NCBI RefSeq assembly: GCF_000015945.1
Contig: NC_009033.1
Location: 30,001 to 62,000 of the forward strand
Source: Staphylothermus marinus F1
Lineage (GTDB): Archaea > Thermoproteota > Thermoprotei_A > Sulfolobales > Desulfurococcaceae
Reading direction: 5' to 3'
DNA: 32,000 nucleotides
Shown here: positions 22,818 to 32,000 of the stretch, one piece after another
Position numbering within the stretch: position 1 is the first letter of the stretch
Layout: every line of letters starts with the position of its first letter
Notes under the pieces: model-generated
What the model was told of the DNA's origin: nothing
Databases searched by the model: none
Seen by the model: only the letters and a program-made list of their open reading frames with translations
Position numbers and translations under genes: made by a program

Positions 22818-22910
22818 TCTTAACAAAATAATTAAAAATTAATAGCCAAAAAATAATACAAGCTATAAATAAATATATTGAATAGATTCTGTGAAACCGA
22901 AGTGATATAG

Positions 22911-23132
22911 ATGAAAAAGATCAAATGCCCCTATTGCGGATACGAAGGAGATCCAAAGGAGTTCACATTCATATATGAATCAGTCCTATACCTAGCTGAT
23001 CACGAGGTATTACCTGAAGAGAGGGAGAGACCCATAGTGGTTGTTTGTCCAAAATGTGGAAGAGGATTTTTCCTCGAATCACCATATAAGAAGCTTGTCG
23101 AAAAAATAAAGACAGAAGATTACGAAAAATAG
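22911..23132 (+). CDS. Small zinc-ribbon protein (73 aa), function unknown
   Basis: Two CxxC pairs (CPYCG and CPKCG) are spaced about 40 aa apart, and the composition is charged. I recognise no family. Confidence 0.5.
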   Translation: MKKIKCPYCGYEGDPKEFTFIYESVLYLADHEVLPEERERPIVVVCPKCGRGFFLESPYKKLVEKIKTEDYEK

Positions 23133-23247
23133 GTAACTCTCGTATAACATGGTTTTTTGTTCTATAGTTTTTCTATAACTTTTATATATGTGGTCCATAG
23201 TAATACCTTATTATTGATCATAGAGTAGTATATTATAGGTGATCTAT

Positions 23248-24069
23248 ATGAGTGTGGGAGACATTTTCACGACACCACTACCATTCCTTGGTTTTAGCCT
23301 TTATCAGTTAGTAGTATTCATAGTAGCGTTGGTAATAGGTATAATTATTGTAAGAATTGTTGCTAATATATTGAAGAAGACAATGGATAAACTAAAAACC
23401 CCACCACTAGTTTCCGGATTAGTTGTCAGCATTATAAAAGTAATTGGCTATATATTAGTTATTCTATCAGTACTGCCAATTCTTGGAATAGATACTAGCG
23501 CAGCAGGTTTAGGTTTATCCGCAGTTATTGGCTTAATACTAGGCTTCGGATTACAGGATACATGGGCTAATATGGCTGCTGGAGTATGGTTAGCTGTGAT
23601 AAGACCGTTTGATAAAGGGGACTATGTTCAAGTAGCTGGTTATTCGGGCATAATTCATGGTATTGGAGTAATGTCTACTACCCTGAAAACATTTGACAAT
23701 GTTGTCATAACTATTCCAAACAAGAATATATGGGGTGCACCTATAGTAAATTATACTAGGGAAGATACTAGAAGAGTAGATCTTGATGTTGGAGTAGCTT
23801 ATGGAACAGATCTAGATAAAGCTATAAATGTAGCGCTTGAAACAGTTAAAAAGCATCCGAAAGTATTAGAGGAACCAGCTCCCCAAGTAGTTGTGACACA
23901 ACTAGCTGATTCATCAGTAAATCTACAAATAAGGGCTTGGACAAAAACTTCTGACTATGGAGCAGTAAAAGCTGATCTCACTAAGATGATCTATGAAGAA
24001 TTCAGCAAAGCTGGCATAGAGATACCGTTCCCACAGCTAGATGTACATATACGTGATATGCCTAAGTAA
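23248..24069 (+). CDS. mscS: Small-conductance mechanosensitive channel (MscS family)
   Basis: Three N-terminal TM helices are followed by the conserved pore and beta-domain region GFGLQDTWANMAAGVWLAVIRPFDKGDYV...TIPN. AGGTGATC lies 3 nt upstream of the ATG. Confidence 0.85.
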   Translation: MSVGDIFTTPLPFLGFSLYQLVVFIVALVIGIIIVRIVANILKKTMDKLKTPPLVSGLVVSIIKVIGYILVILSVLPILGIDTSAAGLGLSAVIGLILGFGLQDTWANMAAGVWLAVIRPFDKGDYVQVAGYSGIIHGIGVMSTTLKTFDNVVITIPNKNIWGAPIVNYTREDTRRVDLDVGVAYGTDLDKAINVALETVKKHPKVLEEPAPQVVVTQLADSSVNLQIRAWTKTSDYGAVKADLTKMIYEEFSKAGIEIPFPQLDVHIRDMPK

Positions 24070-24163
24070 TACTTTTTTTATATATAGTTTTCCCCGCCTT
24101 TTTATTATTCTTTTATTTAGTTGATGGAAAGATTTATTATGATCTATTTATAAATCTGATCCT

Positions 24164-25831
24164 GTGGGTGGTAATACCTTGTCTTTAATCAACGATGATA
24201 AAACACTCACTAAATATGCTGGTAGCACAGAACTGGGGCTTTTATGGAGTATGCCTTTTAATGCTCAGATTAGAGATGTTATTTATCAGTATATAGATTA
24301 TGTTAAAGGATTTGAGGATAGTATTATTGATTCATGGCCTGTCCAGAGGCTTAGATATGTTTACCAACTACAAACAGCTCATTTCGTATATCCTTCAGCA
24401 ACTCATACACGTTTCAACCATAGCTTAGGAGTTATGCATTTATCATATAAGTATATGAATCAATTACTAAGATCCATTACTAAATATAGTGATAGAGGGA
24501 CAGATAAACTCAGAGAGGTGTTGAGTAAGTCAAGGGAAGCTGTAATAGCCGCTAGAATTCTTGGATTACTGCATGATATAGGTCATGGACCATTTAGTCA
24601 CGCATTTGATACATATGTTTATAAGAATAGAGATTTTCTAGGATACAGGCTGGGAAACCATGAGCTCTTAGGCTATATTATTTATAGGGATTATTTACGG
24701 GATGAAATAAGGAAAACTATTACAAATCATAATGATGTCTTGGGTGTGGATGTGGATTTTGTTATTGATATTCTTGATGAATCTCTGAAGCCTCCTCTAG
24801 GAATGAAAGATCATACCGATCTGGTTTCTAAGAATATTATTAGGCTAGATGAATTCTATGTGCCTAGACCTGATAAAGCTATACATGGAATAGTAAGGCT
24901 TGTTGTTAGAGACTATATTTATACATCAGATATAATTGATTATCTAAGGAGAGATAGCTACTTTACCGGCTTACCTCTTGGAAACATAAACGATGAATGG
25001 TTAATAAGAAATACCTACTTATTAGAGCATCACGGATTACTTGTTCCAGCAATATCTACTAAGGCTGTAGACGACTTAGTTAGGTTATTGAATGCTAGAA
25101 AAATGATGTACAAGAATGTTTATCTACACCATGTAAATATAGCGTTTGATGAAACAATTGGTTTCCTGCTAAACTGCCTAAGAGACTATATAGCAGGTAT
25201 TATAGATAAAATGTTGGAGTCAAGCGATAATCTAAGACTATACTTGTCCCTAACAGATTATAGCATATATGGGCTTCTACAAATGATAATGGCTAGAGGC
25301 GATATTGGCAATCTATGCAGAGACTATAGAGAATTAGCGAGGCAAAGCCTCGAAAACCTCTTCATACACCGTAAACCAGCGTGGAAAAGACTTGATACAT
25401 TCATATACGATTTAAGGAGCGCAAGACATATTTTCAGCAACAGATTCGGCGATATAATGCAGAAAGCTATTAGAGAAACCATTAAGAGAGAGATTGCACA
25501 AGAACTCGGAGCTAAGGGGTTCAGTGAAGAGGATGTAAGAGTGGTGATAGAGTCTATTAGTATATATCCCTCAGCTAGTAGGGAGATAATCAAGTATTTA
25601 TTACTAGCTAAGCTAAGAGATGAGAAACCAATAGATGTTAGAGAAGAAAACCCTGATAGATTCGCGGAGAAGAACGGCTTAATACCTGAAGCCTTATTTA
25701 TTGTTTACCTCAACCGTAACAAGTATCGTAAATTAATAGAAGAAGAATTGAATAGAGCTAGATACATTGTTATCGATATATTAGAGGATGCTATAGGAGG
25801 TAAAATCAAGGAGGCTCCGGAGACAAGCTAA
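24164..25831 (+). CDS. HD-domain phosphohydrolase, SAMHD1/dGTPase-like (COG1078 family)
   Basis: VQRLRYVYQLQTAHFVYPSATHTRFNHSLGV and LLHDIGHGPFSHAFD closely mirror the SAMHD1-type HD core. The downstream DYLRRDSYFTG motif is also present. The start is GTG 24164, or TTG 24179 after GGGTGGT. Confidence 0.8.
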   Translation: MGGNTLSLINDDKTLTKYAGSTELGLLWSMPFNAQIRDVIYQYIDYVKGFEDSIIDSWPVQRLRYVYQLQTAHFVYPSATHTRFNHSLGVMHLSYKYMNQLLRSITKYSDRGTDKLREVLSKSREAVIAARILGLLHDIGHGPFSHAFDTYVYKNRDFLGYRLGNHELLGYIIYRDYLRDEIRKTITNHNDVLGVDVDFVIDILDESLKPPLGMKDHTDLVSKNIIRLDEFYVPRPDKAIHGIVRLVVRDYIYTSDIIDYLRRDSYFTGLPLGNINDEWLIRNTYLLEHHGLLVPAISTKAVDDLVRLLNARKMMYKNVYLHHVNIAFDETIGFLLNCLRDYIAGIIDKMLESSDNLRLYLSLTDYSIYGLLQMIMARGDIGNLCRDYRELARQSLENLFIHRKPAWKRLDTFIYDLRSARHIFSNRFGDIMQKAIRETIKREIAQELGAKGFSEEDVRVVIESISIYPSASREIIKYLLLAKLRDEKPIDVREENPDRFAEKNGLIPEALFIVYLNRNKYRKLIEEELNRARYIVIDILEDAIGGKIKEAPETS

Positions 25832-26241
25832 ATAGATTTGCTTAATCTCTCACTTATTAATTGAGCCTTCATGGTTAGAGATAACAAATACTTGAATACG
25901 GCTTGTGAAACTATTTTATGTCCATCAATATCATCGCTGGGACACTTATCTATTGTAAGTCTCCCATTGCTACATTCAATAATTAATCCTTTACGAATAA
26001 GGTTTTCAACAATATAATCAATTTTCTCAGAATAAACACCTGTTATTGATATGCTCCAATGCATAAAGTTTTCATCAATACCATCCATTAAGTAGACAAG
26101 ATTATGTAGTAGGCTCCTAGTAGGCTTATATTCTCTTATCAGCCACATTACAATATCCTGCAACGCCAAATACTCAACACCCTCTCCAAATATTAGAGTT
26201 GAAGGAAATAAAAAATGGTTTGAAACAATAATACTGATCAA
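25828..26241 (-). CDS. Hypothetical cytosolic protein (137 aa), last gene of the ABC-2 operon
   Basis: The ORF begins 5 nt after the permease stop and overlaps the convergent HD gene by 4 nt. I recognise no family, and the start codon (TTG) is uncertain. Confidence 0.4.
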   Translation of the reverse strand: MISIIVSNHFLFPSTLIFGEGVEYLALQDIVMWLIREYKPTRSLLHNLVYLMDGIDENFMHWSISITGVYSEKIDYIVENLIRKGLIIECSNGRLTIDKCPSDDIDGHKIVSQAVFKYLLSLTMKAQLISERLSKSI

Positions 26242-26246
26242 GCAGG

Positions 26247-27047
26247 TTAGTACATGCCTACAGTTTTAGGTCCTTCTTTTAAGAGCTTAACCATTTGATG
26301 CTTAAAGTATACTAGTGCTATTATTAGAAAAACTATATCATATATGATTCCTATAAAACACTCAGATAAGAGATCAATTATTGAAGGTGTTCCGAGCAAA
26401 CCATACCTTAATATTTCCGCGGGATAACTGTAGGGGGTAAGTAAGGCGAATACTTGTAGAGGATATGGAAGTCTTGATAATGGTGTTAAACCTCCTGTTG
26501 CTATTGGGAGAATCCATCCAATAAACTCCATTACAGGACCGCTTGTTCCAACAGCAATAGTGGTTCCACCGAGAATCATTGCGTGAGCGAATAATACTGT
26601 GAAGAGCATTATTAGTCCTAAAGCAAGCATTAATGGATCATTTATAAATGTTAAGGGGGGTCCAACTAGGACAGTTAATAATGTATAAACTGTTATTAGT
26701 GCGAATCCAAGCCATGTAAAACTTATAGGTATAATTCCTATGTAGTGTAGGAATATGCTTCTACCACTAAGTATTACGTGTTCTAACATATTATTCATCA
26801 TCAACCATCTAAGCTCCCATGCCCAATCCCATGTAGCCATACTATAAGACATGAATACTAGAACAGCCGCGAAAGCATATCCAGATATGATTTGACTAGA
26901 TTCTCCAGGTGGAGCGAAGAGCATTATTGGTGCAATGAATAGTGTCATCCAGAGAGCCATAGATACTAATCCATATGTTAATCCATGACTCCTAAGTAGC
27001 TCGGCTGTAAAATATGCTTTCAAAACAGCCTTTACTGCTTCAAACAA
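26247..27047 (-). CDS. ABC-2 type transporter permease
   Basis: Six-helix hydrophobic protein directly downstream of a paralogous permease and a DrrA/CcmA-like ATPase. Confidence 0.7.
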   Translation of the reverse strand: MFEAVKAVLKAYFTAELLRSHGLTYGLVSMALWMTLFIAPIMLFAPPGESSQIISGYAFAAVLVFMSYSMATWDWAWELRWLMMNNMLEHVILSGRSIFLHYIGIIPISFTWLGFALITVYTLLTVLVGPPLTFINDPLMLALGLIMLFTVLFAHAMILGGTTIAVGTSGPVMEFIGWILPIATGGLTPLSRLPYPLQVFALLTPYSYPAEILRYGLLGTPSIIDLLSECFIGIIYDIVFLIIALVYFKHQMVKLLKEGPKTVGMY

Positions 27048-27053
27048 TTAATT

Positions 27054-27857
27054 TCACCTCACGCCTTCCTTTAGTTTCTTGGTTTCCCAATAATTAATCG
27101 ATCTAACACCTAGAGGTGCATATAATATAAACAATGCCGTACCTATACCGATCAACATCAATGCATATGATAGCTCTAATGTATGGGTAAGCATTCTCTG
27201 AACAATCTCAACTATATGGCTTGAAGGAATCATATATGCAAATATGAGGCCGGCTAGAGGCATCATATATCTTGGATAATATGCTCCAAGCAGTATTAGG
27301 AGAAGAGGCCTAATAATATTAATTACTCTCCAATGCTCCCCTCCACTACCATATACTAGCCCCATAACTATCATTATTGGTGTAGTGAAAAAGATGGCGG
27401 CTATTGTTGCTAGTAAAATAACCGCTAACCCGCTCCATAACCCCTCTAATCCATAAAAGTAAAGATATACAGGTATAACACTTGTTAAACCAGTAATTAT
27501 TACTAATATGAGTCTTGGAATAGGTATAGCAATATATTTATAGAGTCTTGGCAACGGGCTAAGTATAATGTATGGAAGAGTCCCCATCCATTGGTCAAAA
27601 TTTGGCCTCCACAATAAATCATCACTTACACCAAGAATAGACATGAGTAGGAAGCCGCTTGTCAAGAAAAATAGTTCTGGTTCAACACCTATTTTCTCTA
27701 TAAAAACTTGTCTACTACCAATAGAATAACCAATTAATACTATGAATAATGTGAGAATATATGGAAAAGCAATAAACATTAATAGAACAGATTTTCTACG
27801 GATAATATCTCCATATACAAACTTCATTTCAGCCCATATTAGAGAGGCTAAGCTCAT
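27054..27857 (-). CDS. ABC-2 type transporter permease
   Basis: Polytopic membrane protein whose start overlaps the ATPase stop by 4 nt. It is similar in size to the downstream permease. Confidence 0.7.
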   Translation of the reverse strand: MSLASLIWAEMKFVYGDIIRRKSVLLMFIAFPYILTLFIVLIGYSIGSRQVFIEKIGVEPELFFLTSGFLLMSILGVSDDLLWRPNFDQWMGTLPYIILSPLPRLYKYIAIPIPRLILVIITGLTSVIPVYLYFYGLEGLWSGLAVILLATIAAIFFTTPIMIVMGLVYGSGGEHWRVINIIRPLLLILLGAYYPRYMMPLAGLIFAYMIPSSHIVEIVQRMLTHTLELSYALMLIGIGTALFILYAPLGVRSINYWETKKLKEGVR

Positions 27858-28852
27858 TGTTTAACGCCTTTCTCAGCAAAATATATAAATACATCTTCGA
27901 GAGTTGGCTCCTCAATTTTTAAAGAAATAATGTCAAAACCATTATTGACAAGCTTCTTAAGCAGAACATCTATGATCTCCTCAGGCTTGTAAACTTGTAC
28001 TTTAACATTATATAATCCATCAGTTGGCTCAATGGATACTTTCTCAGCGTTTATACCTGAGAAGATCGAGTCAATGCTTCCAACCCCTCTAATAATGAGG
28101 TTAATGGTTTTAATCTCAGGTATTGTAGCTTTTAACTGTTCAGGAGTTCCCTTAGCTACTATTCTTCCCTTATTAATCAGTATTATTCGATCACAAACTA
28201 TTTCCGCCTCGAACATGTTATGAGTGGTGTATAGTACTGCTTTACTCTGCTTATGTGCTAGAGTTTTCACTAATTCTCTAATACGCCTAGCACTTGGGGG
28301 GTCCAAGCCTAGGGTTGGTTCATCTAAGAGTAGAACAGGTGGATCGCGGAGTAGTGCTCTAGCAAGGTTAAGCCTTGCCTTCATTCCTAAACTATATTCT
28401 TCAAATAATCTATCACTAGCTCCGAGCTTTTCGAGCTCTAAGAGTTCCAGCAAGTATTCTACTCTTTTCTTAAGCTCTTTTCCCTTCAACCCATATAATG
28501 CTCCAAAATATTCAAGATTCTCTCGACCTGTGAGTTTTCCATAAAATCCCTTCTCAACTGTAAGCATTACTCCTAGTTTTTCACGTACTTTTTTAGCCTC
28601 ATTAACAACATGGTATCCATACACCCATGCATTTCCTTCATCGGGTATTAGAAGAGTTGATACTATTTTTACAGTGGTTGTTTTTCCTGCCCCATTAGGC
28701 CCTAGTAACCCGACGACTTCTCCTTCATAAATTTTAAAACTTATACCGCGAAGAGCTTCTACTACTTGTTTCTCGCTTCTAAGTAATCCTTTCCTCTTCT
28801 TGGTTATGTATTTCTTCTTTAAGTCTTCAGCAACTATTGCTTCTCTCCGCAT
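27854..28852 (-). CDS. ABC transporter ATP-binding protein (ABC-2 / DrrA-like exporter subfamily)
   Basis: Motifs: Walker A GPNGAGKTT, signature YSLGMKARL, Walker B LLLDEPTLGLD and H-loop YTTHNM, plus a C-terminal accessory domain. AAGGTG lies 7 nt upstream of the ATG. Confidence 0.9.
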   Translation of the reverse strand: MRREAIVAEDLKKKYITKKRKGLLRSEKQVVEALRGISFKIYEGEVVGLLGPNGAGKTTTVKIVSTLLIPDEGNAWVYGYHVVNEAKKVREKLGVMLTVEKGFYGKLTGRENLEYFGALYGLKGKELKKRVEYLLELLELEKLGASDRLFEEYSLGMKARLNLARALLRDPPVLLLDEPTLGLDPPSARRIRELVKTLAHKQSKAVLYTTHNMFEAEIVCDRIILINKGRIVAKGTPEQLKATIPEIKTINLIIRGVGSIDSIFSGINAEKVSIEPTDGLYNVKVQVYKPEEIIDVLLKKLVNNGFDIISLKIEEPTLEDVFIYFAEKGVKQ

Positions 28853-29040
28853 TAGGTGGCACCTTTCCCACTCTATTCTTCAACTGTATCCTTGTTTAGC
28901 CTTAATAGTTGTTATGTGTATTGTATTAGGCATTCTTTGTAGGATCGACTCTACATATTTACTGGTAAGAAAACATTTATCATGTAATAATTGTTATTTT
29001 AAAAGAGTAATGAACAGCTTGTATAGAGGAGTTGAGGGGT

Positions 29041-32000
29041 TTGCCGATCATTGGAAAATTGAAGGGACAATATGATCCACATAAAGTAGAGGAATGGGTT
29101 AAAAGATTTTGGGATGAGAATCAAATCTATAAATTAGTTAAGGAGAAATCAGATAGATCTATTCTTAGATTCAACTTTATAGACGGCCCACCTTATCCAA
29201 GCGGTGATGTCCCTCATATTGGTACAGCTTGGAATAAAACGTTAAAAGACATTGTCCTCCGCTATAAACGTATGCGGGGATACAACGTATTTGATAGGCC
29301 GGGATATGATTGTCATGGTTTACCGATAGAGGTTAAAGTTGAACAAAAGCTTGGTGTTAAGGTTAAACGAGAAATAGAAGAAAAAATCGGTGTGGACAAG
29401 TTTGTTAATGAATGTAAGAAACTAGTTTTTAACAATATTAAGAGCTTGACTAAATGGTTTAAAGAACTAGGAGTTTTCATGGATTGGGAAAATCCGTATC
29501 TAACCCTTAGAGATGAATACATAGAGGCTGGATGGTGGCTTATAAAGAAGGCGGCTGAACAGGGATTATTGGATCGGGAGGAGCGCGTGGTTTATTGGTG
29601 TCCGCGATGCTCAACTACTCTTGCAGAATATGAGGTTGAATACAAGGTTTTAACTGATCCAAGTATTTATGTGAAATTCCCTGTTAGGAGTAGGGAGAAA
29701 GAGTACTTACTTATATGGACAACTACTCCATGGACTCTTCCAGCAAATACTTTCGTAATGGCTCATCCAGATATAACATATGTTCGTGTAAGAGTTGGTG
29801 AAGAAGTATATATTCTAGCCAAGCCTCGGCTGGAAAAGGTAATGAGCGAAGCTGGAATTAAGGAATACGAAGTTCTCGAAGAATTTCCCGGTAAGAAGCT
29901 TGAGGGGCTAGAATATGATCATCCATTAATAGATATTGTTCCATTACAGGAGAAGCTGAGCAAGTATCATAGAGTAGTTATGGCGCCTGAATTCGTAACA
30001 ACAACTGAGGGAACAGGACTAGTTCATGGAGCACCGGGGCATGGTATGGAAGATTTCACAGTTGCTAAAAAGATTGGAATAGATTTTATTGCTTCACCAA
30101 TAGATGATGAGGGCAGATTCACTAATGTAGCAGGTAAATATGCTGGTAAAAAAGTTAGAGAAGCAAATCCCGAAATAATAAAAGATTTAAAGGAGAGAGG
30201 GGCTCTTCTACACGCGTCACAAATAACACACAAATACCCTGTTTGTTGGCGCTGTAAAACACCCATAGTTATGAGAGCTACTAAGCAATGGGTACTTAGA
30301 GTAACCAAGCTAAAAGAGAAATTGATTAATGAAGCGAAAAAAGTTAACTGGATACCTGACTGGGCACTTGACAGAATGATGCACATGCTCGAAAACTTAC
30401 AGGACTGGGTTATAAGTAGGCAGAGATACTGGGGGACACCACTACCTATATGGGAGTGTCCTGAAGGACATAGAATAGTTGTTGGAAGCATTAATGAGCT
30501 CGAGAAACATGGGGGTAAGAAGCCTAAGGAGCTTCATAGACCATGGATAGATGAAGTAGAGATAAAATGTCCAATATGTGGTAGACCAATGAAACGCGTG
30601 CCTGATGTAATGGATGTATGGTTTGACAGCGCCATCTCATTCTATGCAGCTAATGGTCATCCGGAAAAGCTTCGTTTAGAAGATGTTATATTAGACTTTA
30701 TAGTGGAAGGCCATGATCAAATACGTGGATGGTTTTTCTCACTACTACGAGCAGGAGTCCTGGGTTTCCAGAGTAAACCATATAATACGGTCTTAGTTCA
30801 TGGATTCGCATTAGACGAGCATGGTAGAGAAATGCATAAGAGTCTAGGAAACTATGTTGGAACAGATGAAGCTATTGAGAGAGCCGGCAGGGACCCGTTA
30901 AGGTTCTGGGTTAGCCAAAACACTGTATGGGAGGATCTAAGGTTTTCTTGGAGAGGCATAGATGAGATACGCAGAGACCTAGGCATTGCATGGAACACAT
31001 TCGTTTTCGCCTCCACATATATGAACCTAGACAAATATGATCCTCTTCAGCATAGAATAGATGATTACAAAGAGTTTTTGAGATACGAAGATAAATGGTT
31101 ATTATCACGCATTAATAGTATTGCTAAAAAAATAACGGAAAGCTTGGAGAAATACTATATACATGAAGCAGCTAGAGAACTCCGCAAATTCATAGTTGAA
31201 GATGTTAGCCACTGGTATATCCGCTTAATAAGACCGCGTGTATGGGTCGAGGAGAACACACCTGATAAATTAGCAGCTTATTCAGTTTTATACTATGTTT
31301 TAGAGAAATGGTTGAGAATGATGGCTCCATTCACACCATTCCTAGCCGAGAAAATATATCAAGAAGTCTTTAGGAAAGCTAATCCCGAACTACCATTATC
31401 TATACATTTACTTGATTGGCCAAGCATTGATGATGAATACATTGATGAAGACTTGGAGAAAATAATGAATGTTATTAGGGAGATCTATGAAGCAGCAGCT
31501 GCTGCTAGAATGAAGGCTGGAATAAAGCTTCGCCAACCAGTAAAATCCCTCACAGTCTATACGGATAGGGAAAGAATAAGAGAAGTAACCAGGAAGTATA
31601 GTGGATTACTTGCTAGATTAGTAAATGTTAGAAAAGTAGAGGCTAAACAAGTAGCTGAAATAGGGAAGATAGTGAAATACAAGGTTTCACCGATCTATAG
31701 AGTTATAGGCCCGCTATACCGTAAGCTAGCAAAGAAGGTAATCAATTATATTATGGAAAACCAGGAGAGCATAGCTAGAGATATTATAAGGAAAGGAGAA
31801 CACACAGCATATATTGAAGGACAAGAAATTAAATTAACAAAAGAACAAGTGTTAATTACACCATCATATGTGGAAGGATACAGTGTTGAAGAAAGAGAAT
31901 GGGGAAGTGTAGCTATAGATACTAGGCTCAGCAAAGAAGAAATAGCAGAAGGACTAGCAAGAGATATCATAAGAAGAATACAAGTAATGCGTAAAGAAAT
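29041..32000 (+). CDS. ileS: Isoleucyl-tRNA synthetase (3'-truncated by the window edge)
   Basis: The frame is open from 29014 to the window end and is absent from the ORF track because it has no stop. It carries the HIGH-type motif PPYPSGDVPHIGTAWNK, the editing-domain TTTPWTLPAN, KMSKS-type EMHKSLGN, and Zn-type CPRC / CWRC / CPICG. The start is assigned to TTG 29041; TTG 29032 is also possible. Confidence 0.9.
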   Translation, partial: MPIIGKLKGQYDPHKVEEWVKRFWDENQIYKLVKEKSDRSILRFNFIDGPPYPSGDVPHIGTAWNKTLKDIVLRYKRMRGYNVFDRPGYDCHGLPIEVKVEQKLGVKVKREIEEKIGVDKFVNECKKLVFNNIKSLTKWFKELGVFMDWENPYLTLRDEYIEAGWWLIKKAAEQGLLDREERVVYWCPRCSTTLAEYEVEYKVLTDPSIYVKFPVRSREKEYLLIWTTTPWTLPANTFVMAHPDITYVRVRVGEEVYILAKPRLEKVMSEAGIKEYEVLEEFPGKKLEGLEYDHPLIDIVPLQEKLSKYHRVVMAPEFVTTTEGTGLVHGAPGHGMEDFTVAKKIGIDFIASPIDDEGRFTNVAGKYAGKKVREANPEIIKDLKERGALLHASQITHKYPVCWRCKTPIVMRATKQWVLRVTKLKEKLINEAKKVNWIPDWALDRMMHMLENLQDWVISRQRYWGTPLPIWECPEGHRIVVGSINELEKHGGKKPKELHRPWIDEVEIKCPICGRPMKRVPDVMDVWFDSAISFYAANGHPEKLRLEDVILDFIVEGHDQIRGWFFSLLRAGVLGFQSKPYNTVLVHGFALDEHGREMHKSLGNYVGTDEAIERAGRDPLRFWVSQNTVWEDLRFSWRGIDEIRRDLGIAWNTFVFASTYMNLDKYDPLQHRIDDYKEFLRYEDKWLLSRINSIAKKITESLEKYYIHEAARELRKFIVEDVSHWYIRLIRPRVWVEENTPDKLAAYSVLYYVLEKWLRMMAPFTPFLAEKIYQEVFRKANPELPLSIHLLDWPSIDDEYIDEDLEKIMNVIREIYEAAAAARMKAGIKLRQPVKSLTVYTDRERIREVTRKYSGLLARLVNVRKVEAKQVAEIGKIVKYKVSPIYRVIGPLYRKLAKKVINYIMENQESIARDIIRKGEHTAYIEGQEIKLTKEQVLITPSYVEGYSVEEREWGSVAIDTRLSKEEIAEGLARDIIRRIQVMRKE

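Noticed and set aside
15954-31970. Antisense or alternative-frame ORFs: 15954..16184, 20849..21043, 21103..21654, 21480..21665, 22352..22654, 25324..25593, 28032..28223, 28224..28544, 28800..29075, 29313..29522, 30024..30491, 30852..31034, 30911..31108, 31746..31970
   Set aside because: They overlap strongly supported genes (ykoE-like, M42 peptidase, prx, HD protein, ABC ATPase, ileS). The ileS frame is open across 29014-32000 and explains the whole region.

Overview
The window is an AT-rich, tightly packed archaeal chromosome segment. Genes often abut or overlap by 4-21 nt, and many starts follow GGTGAT/GGAGG-type Shine-Dalgarno sites. The protein set suggests an anaerobic hyperthermophilic crenarchaeon of the Desulfurococcales type; this is inference only. 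That set includes Thi4, fused ThiD-ThiN, 1Fe superoxide reductase, rubrerythrin, a flavodiiron protein, an archaeal peroxiredoxin, an M42 TET peptidase and Lrp/AsnC.

Main content:
- A thiamine biosynthesis and salvage cluster at 11.1-16.9 kb: thiDN, a ykoD/ykoC-like ECF module, thi4, a ykoE-like S component and tenA.
- A dispersed oxygen-detoxification and iron set: rbr, sor, fprA followed 3 nt later by an Er-VIT1 gene, and a peroxiredoxin.
- A second, very divergent ECF-like module.
- A surface-anchored Lon-like S16 protease, MscS, a SAMHD1-like HD phosphohydrolase, an ABC-2 exporter operon, and the 5' 2.96 kb of ileS.

The most unusual feature is a 1.4-kb ORF-free gap (16937-18330) between two convergent genes. 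It contains a 292-nt element of about 55% GC (17533-17824) that folds into a long rod-like hairpin. All 14 non-Watson-Crick stem positions are G-U only when the minus strand is read as RNA, and a TATA-like box lies about 30 nt upstream on that strand. The element matches no RNA class I recognise, so I rate it a candidate novel structured ncRNA; a mobile or repeat origin is not excluded. No CRISPR array, tRNA, rRNA or obvious IS element was seen.
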